Assembly: GCA_050273025.1 (NCBI GenBank)
Contig: CP158635.1
Span: 12,276,001 to 12,340,000, forward strand
Origin: Cenococcum geophilum
Taxonomy: Eukaryota
Reading direction: 5' to 3'
Length of the DNA stretch: 64,000 nt
Below are positions 1 through 13,658 of the stretch, in pieces. The notes beneath the pieces were generated by a model. It had not been told where the DNA came from. It saw only the letters and a program-made list of their open reading frames with translations, and did no database searches. The position numbers were made by a program, and so were the translations under genes. Each line of letters starts with the position of its first letter. Within the stretch, counting starts at the first letter, position 1.

Positions 1-3000
1 GTGAGCTAGTATATGTAGTAAACGAAGCGGAGATTCTGGAAGACTGGACTACTGCCCTACCCCTAAGAATAAAAACACCGTTAGAACTATAAGTCCCCTA
101 TATACACCCGCTTAACCTAAGCCAGCTAATAAGATACCTAACTCTAAGTTATTTGCTATACGTATACGCGACCGCACGTATAATAGCTAAAGGCGTTATA
201 TCTAAGACCAAAACCAGAGCAATTAAGACCTCCCCCTTGTAACGCCTAACCTTATACCCGTCTCCCGCGCGTACTATATAGGGCCGCCGCCTTATTTCCG
301 CCTCCCTAAGCTAACTAAGCTGCGCTAGCCTAGCTATAGCATTAGAGAACTAGACACGCCCTAACCTAGATAATATTAGATGCACTTATGCCGTTAATTT
401 TACCTAGTTCTATAAATAAAAAGATATAAAGGTGATAAGGATCTATATAGCGGAGCTAGTAGAACTAGTTAAATAAGAAGAGCATTAATAGCTGCTTAAA
501 GAGCTGCCTATAGGCCTAATAGAAGTACCAAACCTGTTAAAAAGGTCTTTTTGCTGGCTAGTGGAAGGCAACTATATAATGGAGGAAGCCCGTAAAGTAC
601 TACCCCCTTATTTCTATAACTTCCTTAAGACAAACCTAAAAACTAAGTCTAAGTTTTTATGCCAAAAAATAGTTAATACTAATATTGAGAAATTCCTAAA
701 AGGTAAACTAGGATTAACCCGTAAAGATATTTTATAACGCTTACTAAAAGAGTTCCGCGAATATATTAAACACTTCTTCCCTAAGAATGTAGATAAGCTG
801 CCCCCTTACCAACTATGGGACTATAAAATTAAGATTATACCTAGAAAGTAAGCCCCGTATTATAAAAACAGACCACTTTTACCCGCTAAACTTAATTATA
901 TAAAAAAGTAGATTAATAAGATGCTAGACAAGGGTTTTATTTATAAATTAATGTTTCTAGTTGCCGTATTACTTTTCCTTACTATAAAACCTGGCGGCGG
1001 TATATAAATTTACTATAACTACTAAGGCCTAAATATAGTTACTATTAAGAATTGGTACCCATTACTATTAATCCGCGAGATACTTAACGCACTCTATGGT
1101 GCTAAGTACTTTACTAAGCTTAACGTAATTACTGCGTTTAACCGGATTTAGATTGCGGAAGGCTATAAGTAGCTTATAGTATTTATTACCCGGTTTAGGC
1201 TTTATAAAACATTAGTTATACTATTTAGTCTCTATAACGCACCCGCTATATTCTAAAACTATATTAACTATATTTTACACAACGCCCTTAACGACTACTG
1301 TACTGCGTATCTTAATAATATCCTTATCTTTTTAAAAACACGCACCGAGCATATAAAATATATAAATAAAATTATTTAGAGACTTAGTAATACTGGACTC
1401 TAGATTAACATTAATAAGTTTAAGTTTTATGCCACTAAAACAAAATACCTTAGCTTAATTATCTTAACTAATAGCATGACTATAGACCCTAAGAAGGTGT
1501 AGGCCTTATAGGAATAAAAGGACCCAATATTAGTTAAGGAATTATAGCAATTTCTTAGCTTCACGAACTTCTACTAATAATTTATCTAAGGCTTTTCTAA
1601 GGTAGTTGAGCCTATAACTAGGCTATTAAAGAAAAGCACTGGCTGGTTATAGGGCCTTAATTAAATACAGGCGTTCCAGACCCTAAAAATAGCGTTTACT
1701 ATAGCACCAGTTTTGGTATACTACGACTATATAAAGAAGACTGTAGTAGAGATAGACGCCTTAAACTAGGCTTTAGAAGGAGTGCTCTACTAAGCTAGTA
1801 AAGATAGCAAACTTAAGCTAGTTATATTCTTCTCTGCTAAATACTTCGCCCCTAAATATAACTATAAGATATATAATAAGGAACTCATAGCAATTATAAA
1901 AGTACTAGAAAAATAATGCCCTAAACTATAAGGAACTAAGTAACCGTTTAAGATTATTATAGACTATAAGAACTTCTAAACTTTTATAATAATGAAATAA
2001 CTAAACTAACGCTAAGTCCGTTGGGCTGAGTTCCTTTCTTAGTTTAACTTTGTTATTACCTATAGGCCTAGCACTAAAGCTATAATCCTAGACGCTTTTA
2101 GCCGCCTTTTAGGCGTAGTACCTGCTAATACTAGTAATAAATGTCTATGACACTAAAACCGCGTTATCCTACTACCAAAAAAAGTTAACCCCGCTATCCT
2201 AGAAGAGCTACTAAGCAAATCCTAAGACTAGAGTGTTAAAGACTTTATTGTAGTAATAGACCTAAAGCCTAAGAAAAAGCCCCTTAAGGAGCTTATTAAG
2301 AATGCCTATAAAGAGAATAAACTTGCTAGGGATATATTGGCTGCGCTACGCGAGTAGGAAGGCTATAAAGTACGCCGTTGGCCTAAGCAGATTAGGAAGT
2401 TACTCCGCTATAATAAATCCGAATATTTAATTATTGACGGCTTAATCTACTATAGGAATTAAGTATTTGTCCCTAATTTACCTAAACTCTAACTAGAAGT
2501 TATATACCGCACGTATAGTTTAGGTCCTGCGGGCTACCTAAGCCGCGTTAAAACACTAAACCTCCTTAACTAAACCTATTAGTGGCTAGGTATTTTATAG
2601 TTTACAGCTACCTTTATAAAAGACTGCGCTCTCTACTTTTATATAAAGACCCTATGCTTAGTACCGCCTAGTTTCCTAAAACTACTAGAACTACTAGTCC
2701 GCCCGTAGACTAATATCTCTATTAACTACGTCGTTAACCTGCCTAAGTGCCTTTATAATAGCAAAACATATAAATATATCTTTATTGTTGTTAACTACCT
2801 AATAAAGATAAGACACTTTATCCCTATTACCAGCCTAGACATAAAGGAGCTTGTTAAAGCATTTATTTATACTATTTATAAGTTACACAGCGCCCTAAGT
2901 ACTATTATCTCTAATAGAGGCTCTTTATTCGTTTCCGACTTCTAGCGCCGCCTAAATTAGCGCCTAAAGGTAACTCTAAGCCCTAGTTCCGTATAGCACC

Positions 3001-4342
3001 CTAAAATAGATAGCTAGACTAAGATTATTAACGTAGTAATAAATAAGTATCTACGCGCTTTTGTAAGCTTTACCTAAGATAACTAGGTAGATTGGCTCCC
3101 CCTTACTAAGTTTGCTATAAATAACTAGGTTAATAAAACTATAGAAATCTTACCGTTCTTTGCCAACTATAGCTATAACCTACGTTTAGGCATCGAACCA
3201 GTAGGCCCCTAGCTATTAGCCCTATTTATATATATAAAGAAAGAGTACCTATAAGCTAATGCTATTACTAACCGCTTTAAGTGTATTCTAACTTAGCTTA
3301 AGGCCCTAGCTTATATCTCCCAGCAATGCTATAAAGATAACGCTAATATAAAATAGGATAAAGGTATAATATTTAAAAAGGATAATATAGTTATAGTTAG
3401 CCTTAAAAATATAAAGATTAACTAGCCTAAGAGAAAATGGGATAATAACTAGGATGGACCCTAGCCCGTCTTAGCTGCCTATAGAGGGGTAGTTATAGTA
3501 GACCTCCTAGACTATATTTGTGTTAATAAGTCTTTCTATACTTTAAAAGTCCGTATCTAGTTCCCTAAAGAGATCTCTGGCTAAGTATGTATTAATAAAG
3601 AGGAACGTCGCAATATTATAGGTAGGATAGTTAAAAGAGATAACGACGGCAATATTACGGATAAGTGGGAATTTAAGAAAATCCTTAATGTATATAATAA
3701 ATAAAAAGACGAGCACGGCTTAACGTATTGTATTAAGTAGAAGTATTATAATAAGAAAACCTGGGAACCTAAGAAGTCCCTAAAAGGGTGTAAGCGTATA
3801 CTACTAAAGTTCTATAAATAATACCCTAAGAAGCCCGGACCCCTAGACTAGGTATAAAATAAGAGAGACTTACTACGCCAAGGCCGTAGACAACGACTAT
3901 AATAATTTAAAAAAGTTAAGATTTTATAGAACTTTAACCGGCGGTTGAAGTTATCTAATTAGTTAGATTCTTGCTAAGAACGCCACGCCTAATTAATTTA
4001 GGTAGCGGTGTAGAGTTCTGCCGACGCTAGTTGTTAAGCTAGCTATATAACCGCAAATTGCCATTATATAATGGCAATCTAATGGTAATCTAATAGCAGT
4101 TTGCTAGTACCGTAACATTCTATTTTTAGAGTTACTTATTTAGTTTAGGGACCAACCCTTTTAGGGGAGGGGAGTACTGTTACGGCACTAACCTATCTCA
4201 TACTATTTCCTACTATTAGCTGGCCCACCACTAGCGCCTTGGCGGCCGGCCCTACTATTTATATACAATATCCCTTTTCGCCTCTTCTCCTCTTTATACC
4301 ACAACGTAGTTATTTAGTCTACTTTATTGCAGCACTATAACA
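1..4342 (+). mobile_element. RIP-inactivated Ty3/Gypsy (chromovirus) LTR retrotransposon, 3' portion (pol + 3' LTR); 5' end is outside the window
   Basis: Manual translation, reading RIP transitions back, gives RT (YLDDILIF-like at ~1308), RNase H (ETDAS / YDKELMA-like, ~1740-1900), integrase (~2480-3200) and a chromodomain (WEFEKIL...IKWK...TWEP, ~3660-3850), in Gypsy RT-RH-IN order. A purine tract GGGGAGGGGAG precedes TGTTAC at 4178. Many in-frame TAA/TAG. Confidence 0.9.
4178..4342 (+). repeat. 3' LTR of the Gypsy element
   Basis: Starts TGTTAC just after the polypurine tract and ends ATAACA (RIP form of GTAACA); contains a TATA-like stretch. The partner LTR is not in the window. Confidence 0.65.
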
Positions 4343-5148
4343 ACTAGTTAGCTTATTTTTAAGCTAGCTTAGAAATAATTGGAGCTTTTATTATTTACTA
4401 ATAAATATTAGGGGATTTAGTAGTCGTTTAGATCGTTTTAGTATAGTAGTCGGCTTAGGGTAAGTGGCTACTATAGGTTTAGGGCTCGCGTTCCGCGTAT
4501 TTATCTCTAGAGATAGCGTTTAGTCTTAAGGTCCTAGCATAGGCATCTTAAAGGCGCGGACTTTTTCTTAGAGGTCCTTAATTAATTGCTAGTATCGTGC
4601 TTCTTATTCGGCTTATTATTAATTTAAAGTGGCTTAGTTCTATTTAAGGGCGTCTATAAAAGACTTCTATATCCCTACTAATTATTCTTAGAGTGCGGAT
4701 ATAATACCGGCGGCCGTTATAGGGGCTTTAGGTTTATTCTGCATATTAACAGTAATATAGGTAGTTAACGCAACGTAGTGTTACGGAGTAAGTATAAGCG
4801 ACAATAATATATAGCAAGGTAGATATTATTAAGCTATATATATAAACTGTATAAGGAGGTTAAGACGTTATATAAAGAAAGAAGGTAGGAAAACGGGAAG
4901 AAAGGGCATATATTGTTAACTTAGTTGCTTAGTTAATACGTGCATAGGCAGAATAGGGTTTAGGTTATAGTTCTAGTAAAACTTAGCAGAATTTGGTAGA
5001 ACTTGGCAGAATATAGCAGAATGCTATAGATTGCCGTTAGATTGCTATTAGATTGCCATTAGATTACCATTTTACGGTTAGTCTCTAATTGCTAAGTCGG
5101 TAGAAATAGGTAGACGTGTATAAGGTGTTATAGGGGTGTCCCGTAACA
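4343..5148 (-). mobile_element. LTR (4779-5148) plus adjoining internal remnant of another LTR retrotransposon
   Basis: TGTTACGG at 4779 and CCGTAACA ending at 5148 form an 8-bp terminal inverted pair. The last ~120 bp match 27942-28071. Orientation and the internal nature of 4343-4778 are inferred. Confidence 0.6.
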
Positions 5149-7623
5149 GGGAGACTATATTTTAAAGAGTTATTACTTCTAACCTAATAAAGACTTATTT
5201 AGAATGCCTTTAACTACTTTTTAATAAACTTTAGAAAATCTAATGTAGTTTTACTAAAACTTACTAAAATAAGAATAGTTTAAGGGACTAGGTTATCTTA
5301 GCCTACTATAGCGTTCCTAAGTATAATTTAGCGCTATATAAACCTATGGATATATTTAAAGGAGTATATACTAAGCTACACTCTGCTATAGGTACTATAA
5401 TACAAATATAAGAATCTTAATAGTTCTATACTAAAAACCCTACCTAACTAAGTATTCCTAACCAATATAATTATAACTAGACTAACTAAATATATAGTGG
5501 CCGTAGTAGGGAATACGGTAAAGGGTATAATTAACGCCAACTATAAGGTAACCGTAGAGGTCCTTATAGAGGTTTATTTTAAAGTAATTGCTAAAAAAAG
5601 TGCTATATTTATAAGAAGCTAAATTACTAGTTAACTATACACTCTCTTAATAAGCGAAAGGAGGTATATAATAAGTTTTATTAGAGTATAAGAAATATTA
5701 GAAATTATAAGGTTATTACGGCCTACTTTTAAAGCTTCCTAGTTTAATATAAAGGCGTAGAAGATCTTAAGGGTAAGGTTAATAAGGTTAAACAGCTCCT
5801 TATAGATATAGAAATTAAGGACTACTCTCTTAACTAATACTTTACTAAATATAGTAAGGTAAATAGTATATAAATCGTTGCTATTCTTAATAACCAATCT
5901 ACGCTTTATTCTATTACGAGATTAGATATCTTTAATAAGCTAAAAGAGAGTTCCGCGTTTTCCTTTAATAATAGATACTCGGCGAATGTCTTTTATAGTA
6001 TTATACCGGATATAGGAGCTATAGGAGTATCTATAGTAAAAAAACCTTAAGTTTAAGCTCTCTAGTAGCTTAATAGCTCTATTTAGATCGACTAATTAAC
6101 GGCAGGCTAATATATAATTTGTTTTAGCAAAGGTACTACAATCTCTCTCGGTATAATTAGGGTCTAAACCCCCTTAGAATATATTACTTTCTATATTATT
6201 TCTATAAACACTCCATTTCTATTCTGCATTAGGGATATAAATAAATTAGGCATTAAGCTTAATAACCTTAAGAATATACTTATATAGGGAGATAATTAGG
6301 TACCTGTTATACGCAAGTAGGGTTACCCTTAGTTGCTCCTTTAACAACTAAAAAAGAGTATTACTTAGAGCTATTTAACTAAGTTAGAGTTACGCTAACT
6401 ACACCGTTGTTTTAGTTACCTATTAGTTTACTAATTACTTAGGGTTCTTTAGTAAGTAAGCCATAAGGTTAAAATTAAGGCAATTAAATATCTTATAAAG
6501 TACTGCTATTACTACTAAATAAACTAGAAGTCCTCTAGCCGATTTAAGTTTACTCTTAAAGATAACTATAACTTTAACTTCTATATTATTATTAACGTTA
6601 TATATTTTAGCGGTAAGCTAGTACTTTAAGTTATTAACTTCTTAACTTCTTTCTAAGCCGCACGTTTTTTAAAGGATATATTAGCTAGGAACGTATAGGA
6701 TACACTTTAATTATACTAGATTAATATCTACCTAGGACCCCCTAATTAAATTATTTATAATATAGAAAAGAACTTCTTATTTATAGAGTTTTAATAATAA
6801 ATAAAGGTAATGGTAATTAAGGTTAAGGAAGTCCCTATTAAGGCATATAATAGTATTAAAAAAGTAAAGCGATATTACGCGCCATTACGCTATATATATA
6901 AGATTATCTCTTTAGAACTAGAGAATGCTAATAAAGAACTTACTTTATAAATAGCTATTAAAGCTATTAATAATTCTACTAGCCCGGATAGACTCGTGCC
7001 TATATTACTAGTCTTTAGCGCCTACCCTTAAATAACTAATAATTCTCTACTATCTCTCTCTATTATATAATAAGCTAAGGCTATCTATAAGGTAATAAAG
7101 GAGGTATAATGTCTCTACGCTATACGCTAGGTTAATAACGCACTAGGAATAAGAAATGGCCTAAATACCTTAACTATACTTAATCTGCCACTCTAGTCTA
7201 AGGTACGCGTATAGCGTAAAAAGGGAAGATAGTTAGGCCTATATTAACTTATTATAATTAATAGTTAAACTTATACTATTTAGATGCCTTATAGACCTAC
7301 TTAATTCTATTTAACTGTTATTAAACTCTACTATAAAGGTAATAGTTATAAGCCTTTATAGGATACCCTAGAAGATACTATAGAGGAGAACTATAATTAA
7401 CGTGCTTTAGAAGGCGACTATAATCCTAAGATAATTATAGTAGATATACCATAACTATAACGCGGTAGAGGTCGCCTAAAAGGATTATAAAATCGCTAAT
7501 ATCTTATTAACTTTAAAAAGCAATTTATTGCCGCTATTAAGAATAAAATTAAGTTATTAATAGCCTTTATAATAGCTAAGGAGAAGGCTAACTTTAAGCT
7601 CGTAAAATAGCTTTAAAAGGAAG

Positions 7624-7817
7624 TGTCGGGAATGAGGCAATTTGCCCTTACGTGCGGCAAATTGCCGTCACGTGAGGCAATTTGCCGTCACGTGCCGTCG
7701 TGGCACTAGCGCGGTGAGGAACCTTAAGTTCCTTACCCTCCCCTATCTAGAACAACAACCTTTTCCATTACTGTATCTACTTAAGTAGTATTAGTAATTT
7801 GCCCTGTATTTCTAATA
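7624..7817 (+). repeat. 5' LTR of the inner Copia
   Basis: Direct repeat of 13465-13658; the visible differences are C/T and G/A transitions. Starts TGTCGGGAA. Confidence 0.92.
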
Positions 7818-10800
7818 CTGATTAGTAGTTAAATACATAGTTAACTATAGACTAGCTAGGTTATTAATAGAAGAGATAGTCTCGTGTAGGGGTGCTATAT
7901 ACGCTTATATGGAATGGATCCCGGCGATACTGTACTACCTTAAACTTGCGGAAAACTAGTAATAGAAGTGTTACTAAGTACTAAGAGATACTAAGTTGCG
8001 TCTATTACGCAGAATAATCACGTTTATAAAGATTTGGTCGAGTACTTTAGGTTAAAAGTGTTACTAAACCTAAGGTCCTAAGTTGACGTCCGAAACGCGT
8101 TAAATAATATCTTAAATTGCCTACCTTTAGACAAGCAAACCTACGAGATCCTATAAAACCGAAAATCCTACCTACCTTTAACGTATAACACCTCGTCGAT
8201 TCTACCTACTATGGCGTTAACCTATCCGAAGAAGTATAAGAAAGATATTAACCCGGAGATATAGGACAGAGCCGTAACCAACTTTGTAACCGTTAAGCAA
8301 TAGGACCTAAATAGATTCTTAGTATACCGTATAGAACACTACAAAGATAGCAAATACGATAATACCGCGCTATGGTATTGTATGAAGGAGGACTTTATTA
8401 GATGGATAAAGGAAATATAGGTTCCTATAAATAAAGATATCGTATAGGACTTCCGTAACTTCCTTTAGGAGTATAGAGTATTTGTCCCTATAGATGGGGG
8501 TAGTATTAGGGACAATATTTAGGAATACGTTATTAATGCAAAGGAAGAGCATAAATGGACTCTATAAGAGATTAAGCACTAACTACGCACTATAAAGAAG
8601 CTTAAATTACGATAAAACCTAAGTAATATACTACTAAAGACGTATTCTAACTCTATCGCTTTAGGCACGAGTTCTAACATTCTATATCTATCGCCTCTAC
8701 CTCTGTCTTTAACTCCCCTGTATTAACTAGCTTAACCCACAGCCTTAATTAATAACCCCTAATAAGCGCAAGATCCCCTTACTTCGCGATCTAATAACCT
8801 TTAAACTCCGCCGACTAAATCTACGTTACTATTATAGCCTGTAATATAATATAGCTAAACACTAATTGGAGGTACCTTAAAAATGCTTACAGAGCTTATA
8901 AAGCTCTATTTAAAATAGGAGAAGAAGTTTAGCGGAGAACTGTATAATATCCTTAATTTAAAGTTATATATCTTCTATAACTGTTGCTAGAAGGTTAGAT
9001 TAGAACCTAATTAATACCATATTGCTTATTTAGTTATGCTTAAGGGCCGAGCTAGTACCTTCTATTATGATCGTTTGGTAGGAAAAGGATACGATTTTAA
9101 CTAAATGATATATAAAATAAGATGCCACTTTAAAATAGAGGAGAATAAGCAGCAGTATATGTTGGAGTAGAGAGAGACTACCTTCCTAAGAATTATTGCT
9201 ATAAACCTAGGTGCCTCTTAACTTGATTGTCTTTAAAAGCTCTTTAATTAACTCTAGATAATTTAGTGTAGTTTATCCAAATTATATTAAGAGGACTTTA
9301 GCCTGCGCGATTAAGTTATTAGCGTATACTAAGGTGTTAAAGAATGTAACCTTACTCTCTTTAACCCTATAAGTACTTATAAAGGAGTATATGCTTAATT
9401 AAGATCCTCTATCGGCACCGCCCTACGCTCTTAAGAAGTACAGCAATTTAACGCCTAACTTTAACCTACTTTAATCGACCCAGCTGACCAATATAATTAT
9501 AACTGGACTGATTAAACATATAGTGGTCGTGGTAGGGGATATAATAGAGGGTATAATTAACGTTAACTATAAAGCAATTGTGGAGGTCCTTGTGGAGGTT
9601 TATTTTGTAACAATTGGCAGAAGAAATGCTATATTTGTAAGAAGCCAAATTGCTAGTTAACTAGACACCCCCTTAATAGACAAAAGGAGGCATATAATAA
9701 GTTTCGCTAGAGCGCACGAAATATTAGAAACTAAGAAGTTACTATAGCCTACTTCTAAAGCTTCCTGGTTTAATATAAAGGCGAAGAAGATCTTAAGGGT
9801 GAGATTGACGAGGCTGAACAGCTCCTTATAGATATGGAAATTGAGGACTACTCTCCCGACTAATACTTTACTGAGTATAGTAAGGTAAATGGTATATAAA
9901 CCGTTGCTATCCTTAATAACCAATCTATACTCCATTCTATTATAAGGTTAGATATCTTTAATAAGCTAAAGGAAAGTTCCGCGTTCTCCTTTAACGACAA
10001 ATACTTAGCAAACGTCTTTTATAGTATTATGCTAGATACTGGAGCCGTAGGAGTATCTATAGTAGGAGAACCCCAAGTCCAAGCTCTTTAGCAGCTTAAT
10101 AGTTCTATTTAGATTGACTAATTAACGGCAGGCTAATATATAATTTGCTTTAGCAAGGGTATTATAATTTCTCTTGGCACAATTAAGGTCCAAACCCCGT
10201 TAGGATATATTACTTTCTATATTATTCCCGCGAACACCCCGTTCCTATTCTGCATCTAAGATATAAATAAATTAGGTGTTAAGCTTAATAACCTTAAGAA
10301 TATGCTTATCTAGGGAGATAATCGGGTGCCTGTTGTACGTAAGTAGGGTTACCCTTAGTTGCTCCTCTAATAGCTAGAAAGGAGTGTTGCTTAGAGCCAC
10401 TTAACTAAGTTAGAGCTACGTTAACTATACCGTCGTTTTGGCTACCTATCCGTTTATTAACTGCTTAGGGTCCTTTAGCGAGTAGGCTATAAAGTTAAGG
10501 CTAAGATAATTAAGTATCTTATAAAGTACTGCTATTAATGCTAAATAAACTAGAAGTCCCTAGGCCGATTTAAATTTACCCTTAAAGATAACTATAACTT
10601 TAACTTTTCTATTATTATTGATGTTATGTACCTTAGCGGTAAGCCAGTCCTCTAAGTTGTTAACTTCTTAACCTCCTTCTAAGCCGTACGTTTCTTAAGG
10701 GATATGTTGGCTAAGAATATATGGGATACTCTTTAATTATGCTAGATTAATGTCTACCTAGAACCCCCTAATTAAATTATTTATAATATAGGAAAGAACT

Positions 10801-13464
10801 TTTTATCTATAGAGTTTTAATAATAGGTAAAGGCAATGGCAATTAAGGTTAAGGAAGTCCCTATTAAGGCATATAATAGTGTTAAAAAAGTGGAGCGATA
10901 TTACGCGCTATTACGCCATGTATATAAGATTATTTCTTTAAAACTAGAAGGCGCTAGCGAAGAGCTTATCTTATAGATAGCTGTTAAGGCTGTTAACGAT
11001 TCCGCTAGCCTAGATGGGCTCGTACCTACGCTGCTAGTCTTTAGCGCCTACCCTTAAATAACTAACGATTCTCCACTATCTCCCTCTATTGTGTAATGAG
11101 CTAAGGCTATTCACAAGGCAATAAAGGAGGTACGACGTCTCTATGCTACACGCTAGGTCAACGACGTATTAGGAATAAGAAATGGCCCAAATACCTTAAC
11201 TACGCTCGATCTGCCACTCCAAGCTAAAGTACGCGTATGGCGTAAAAAGAAAAAATGGTTAGGCCCATATAAACTCATTACAATTAATGGTTAAACTTGT
11301 ATAATTTAGATGCCTTATAGACCCACTTAATTCCGTTTAACTGTTATTAAGCCCTACTATAAAGATAACAATTCTAAACCCCTGCAGGATGCCCCAGAAG
11401 ATGCCCTAGAGGATGCCCTAGAAGATGCCCCAGAGGATGCCCCAGAAGATGCCCCAGAGGAGAACCACGATCAACGTGCCCTAGAAGGCGACTACGATCC
11501 TAATACAATTGTAGTAGATGTGCCGCAACTACGACGCGGCAGAGGTCGCCCGAAGGGATCACGAAATCGCTAACATCTTGTCAATTTTAAAGAGCAATTT
11601 GTTGCTGCCATCGAGAGTGGTACTAAGTTGTTAATAGCCTTTATAACAGCTAAAGAGAAGGCTAACTTTAAGCTTGTAAAACAGCTCTAAAAGGAAGATC
11701 GTATTATAACTCTAGGAGCTCCTTTCTAAGCATCTAATAAGTAGGAGATTAACGGTCTTATTGCGAGAGGAGTCTTTAAATTTAAGAAGTATGAACCTAC
11801 TAAGTTTAATAGAGTTCGCATCTTTAAGTTAAGAATGGTTAACGAGATTAAGGGCAAAGCTACTAACGCCCTATTTAAGAAATTAAGACTGGTTATTTAA
11901 GGCTATAACAATAATAGTAAGGAGGTAATCCTTACGTAATCCCCCACGATTTAACGAGCTAGTTAGTAAGTTATTATTGCGCTAGCCCCCTCCTTAATAA
12001 AGAATAGAATGGCGGTTTATCTGCGAGATATTACCTAGGCCTATACCCAATTAGAGACGCACCTCTAGCGCTTAATATTGGCATATCTCCTAGAGCAAAT
12101 TTGCCATTAATATCCTAAAGATACAATTATGGTTGTTCTTAAGCTATTATACGGAATTATAAAGGCAGGAACTTATTAGTGGGCTACTTACAGTAAGCAC
12201 CATAAAGAGAAGCTTTTAATAACTACTTCTATATTTAATCCCTGCTTCCTTATTATAAATATAGGAACTCTATTCGGAATTATTAGCATGCAAACTAATA
12301 ATATAATTATCTTAGGTGACGACCAGTTCTTAGCTCTTAAAGAAGACGAGCTAGTAAAGGCAAATCTTATAGCGAAGCTAAAGGAAAGACTTAGTTTAAT
12401 AATACTATTGCTTTTTAATAGATGCATCCTCTCCCTAAACGAGGATTCTATTACTTTACGCTAGAAGGGTTAAGGCAAAAAGATTGAGGTTATTAACGTT
12501 AATTCTCCAAAGTAAGGATATGTGGAGCAACGCGCTTGCGGAGCTTATATTGCTTCTATTTGTTAACCTAAGGCTTCCTTTAATCTCTCTATTGCCACTT
12601 AACACCAGAAACTAATTAAGGATAATGTTCTTGCCCTAAATAAGCGTCTTTCCTGGTAAATGAACTATCTTAATTAAGGACTACTCTACGTACCTATTAA
12701 TCTTCCCACCACTAAGCTCTTCGTGTTTGTTAATAGGTCGTTTATAAATAATAAAGATTTTAGCTTCTAGCTAGGATATAAGATTATTATCGCGAACGAA
12801 TCTACCGGAGAGAATGACTTTATAATCTACGGTAATCTTATCTATTAGAGCTTAACTAAGAGTAAGCGCGTTACTTAAAGCGTTCTAGCGTTAGAGATAT
12901 ATAAAATAGTCGGCGGAGTTAATATAGTAATTGCAATCGAAACTACCTTAAAGATAATTATAGATCGACTTAAACTTCCCGTTATCCCTATAATTGTATA
13001 CACCGACTTATATTCCCTTTACGAGTGTTTAGTTAAGCTTAGTACCATAAAGAAGAAGCGCCTTATAATTAATATTATAGCACTATAGCAATCTTACGAG
13101 CGTTAAGAACTCTTTAAGATTTAATAGATTAATGGCTAAGATAACCCGGTAGATATAATGACGAAGGCAAACCTAAATAAGGCGCTAGAGACGTTTGTTA
13201 ATATAAATACTCTATATATACGAGTTAAAGGTTAGGTTAAGAGGGAATAGAAGATGCGGCGATGGCCGCTAAGGCGCTAGTGGTAAGCGAGCTAATAGCG
13301 ATTTTCTATACCGGGTATGGAAAATTATAATTGGCTGGTAGAAGTCCGGGTCAGCAGAATAAGGTATGTTACCTACCAAAGTCTGCTATATTCTACCTAC
13401 TGTTATATTATTATATACGGTCTGTTTACATATAGATAGTAACTATAAAAAGAAGAGTTGCCAG

Positions 13465-13658
13465 TATTGGGAATAAGGCAATTTGCCCTTATATGCGGCA
13501 AATTGCCATCACGTAAGGCAACTTGCCGTTACGTGCCGTCGTGGCACTAGCGCGGTAAGGAACCTTAAGTTCCTTACCCTCCCCTATCTAGAATAACAAC
13601 CTTTTCCATCACTGTATCTACTTAAGTAGTATTGGTGATTTGCCCTGTGTTTCCAATA
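13465..13658 (+). repeat. 3' LTR of the inner Copia
   Basis: Direct repeat of 7624-7817; follows the purine tract AAAAAGAAGAG; followed by the TSD GGAAG. Confidence 0.92.

Larger units (their letters stand above)
7624..13658 (+). mobile_element. Full-length (6035 bp) RIP-inactivated Copia-type LTR retrotransposon nested in a same-family element
   Basis: Two 194-bp LTRs and a 5-bp TSD GGAAG (7619-7623 and 13659-13663). Domain order is protease (MLDTGA ~10030), LHRRFGHPS-like (~10420), integrase, RT (KSRLVIQGYND-like ~11880; QTDD-like ~12290), RNase H (FVDGSF.., DNPAD-like), i.e. Copia order. Polypurine tract before the 3' LTR. Confidence 0.93.

Noticed and set aside
8370..12427. Short minus-strand ORFs in the ORF track (60-92 aa), and likewise those at 53032, 55687, 58119 and 58238
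   Set aside because: Chance open frames in RIP-mutated transposon DNA, antisense or off-frame to recognisable TE proteins.
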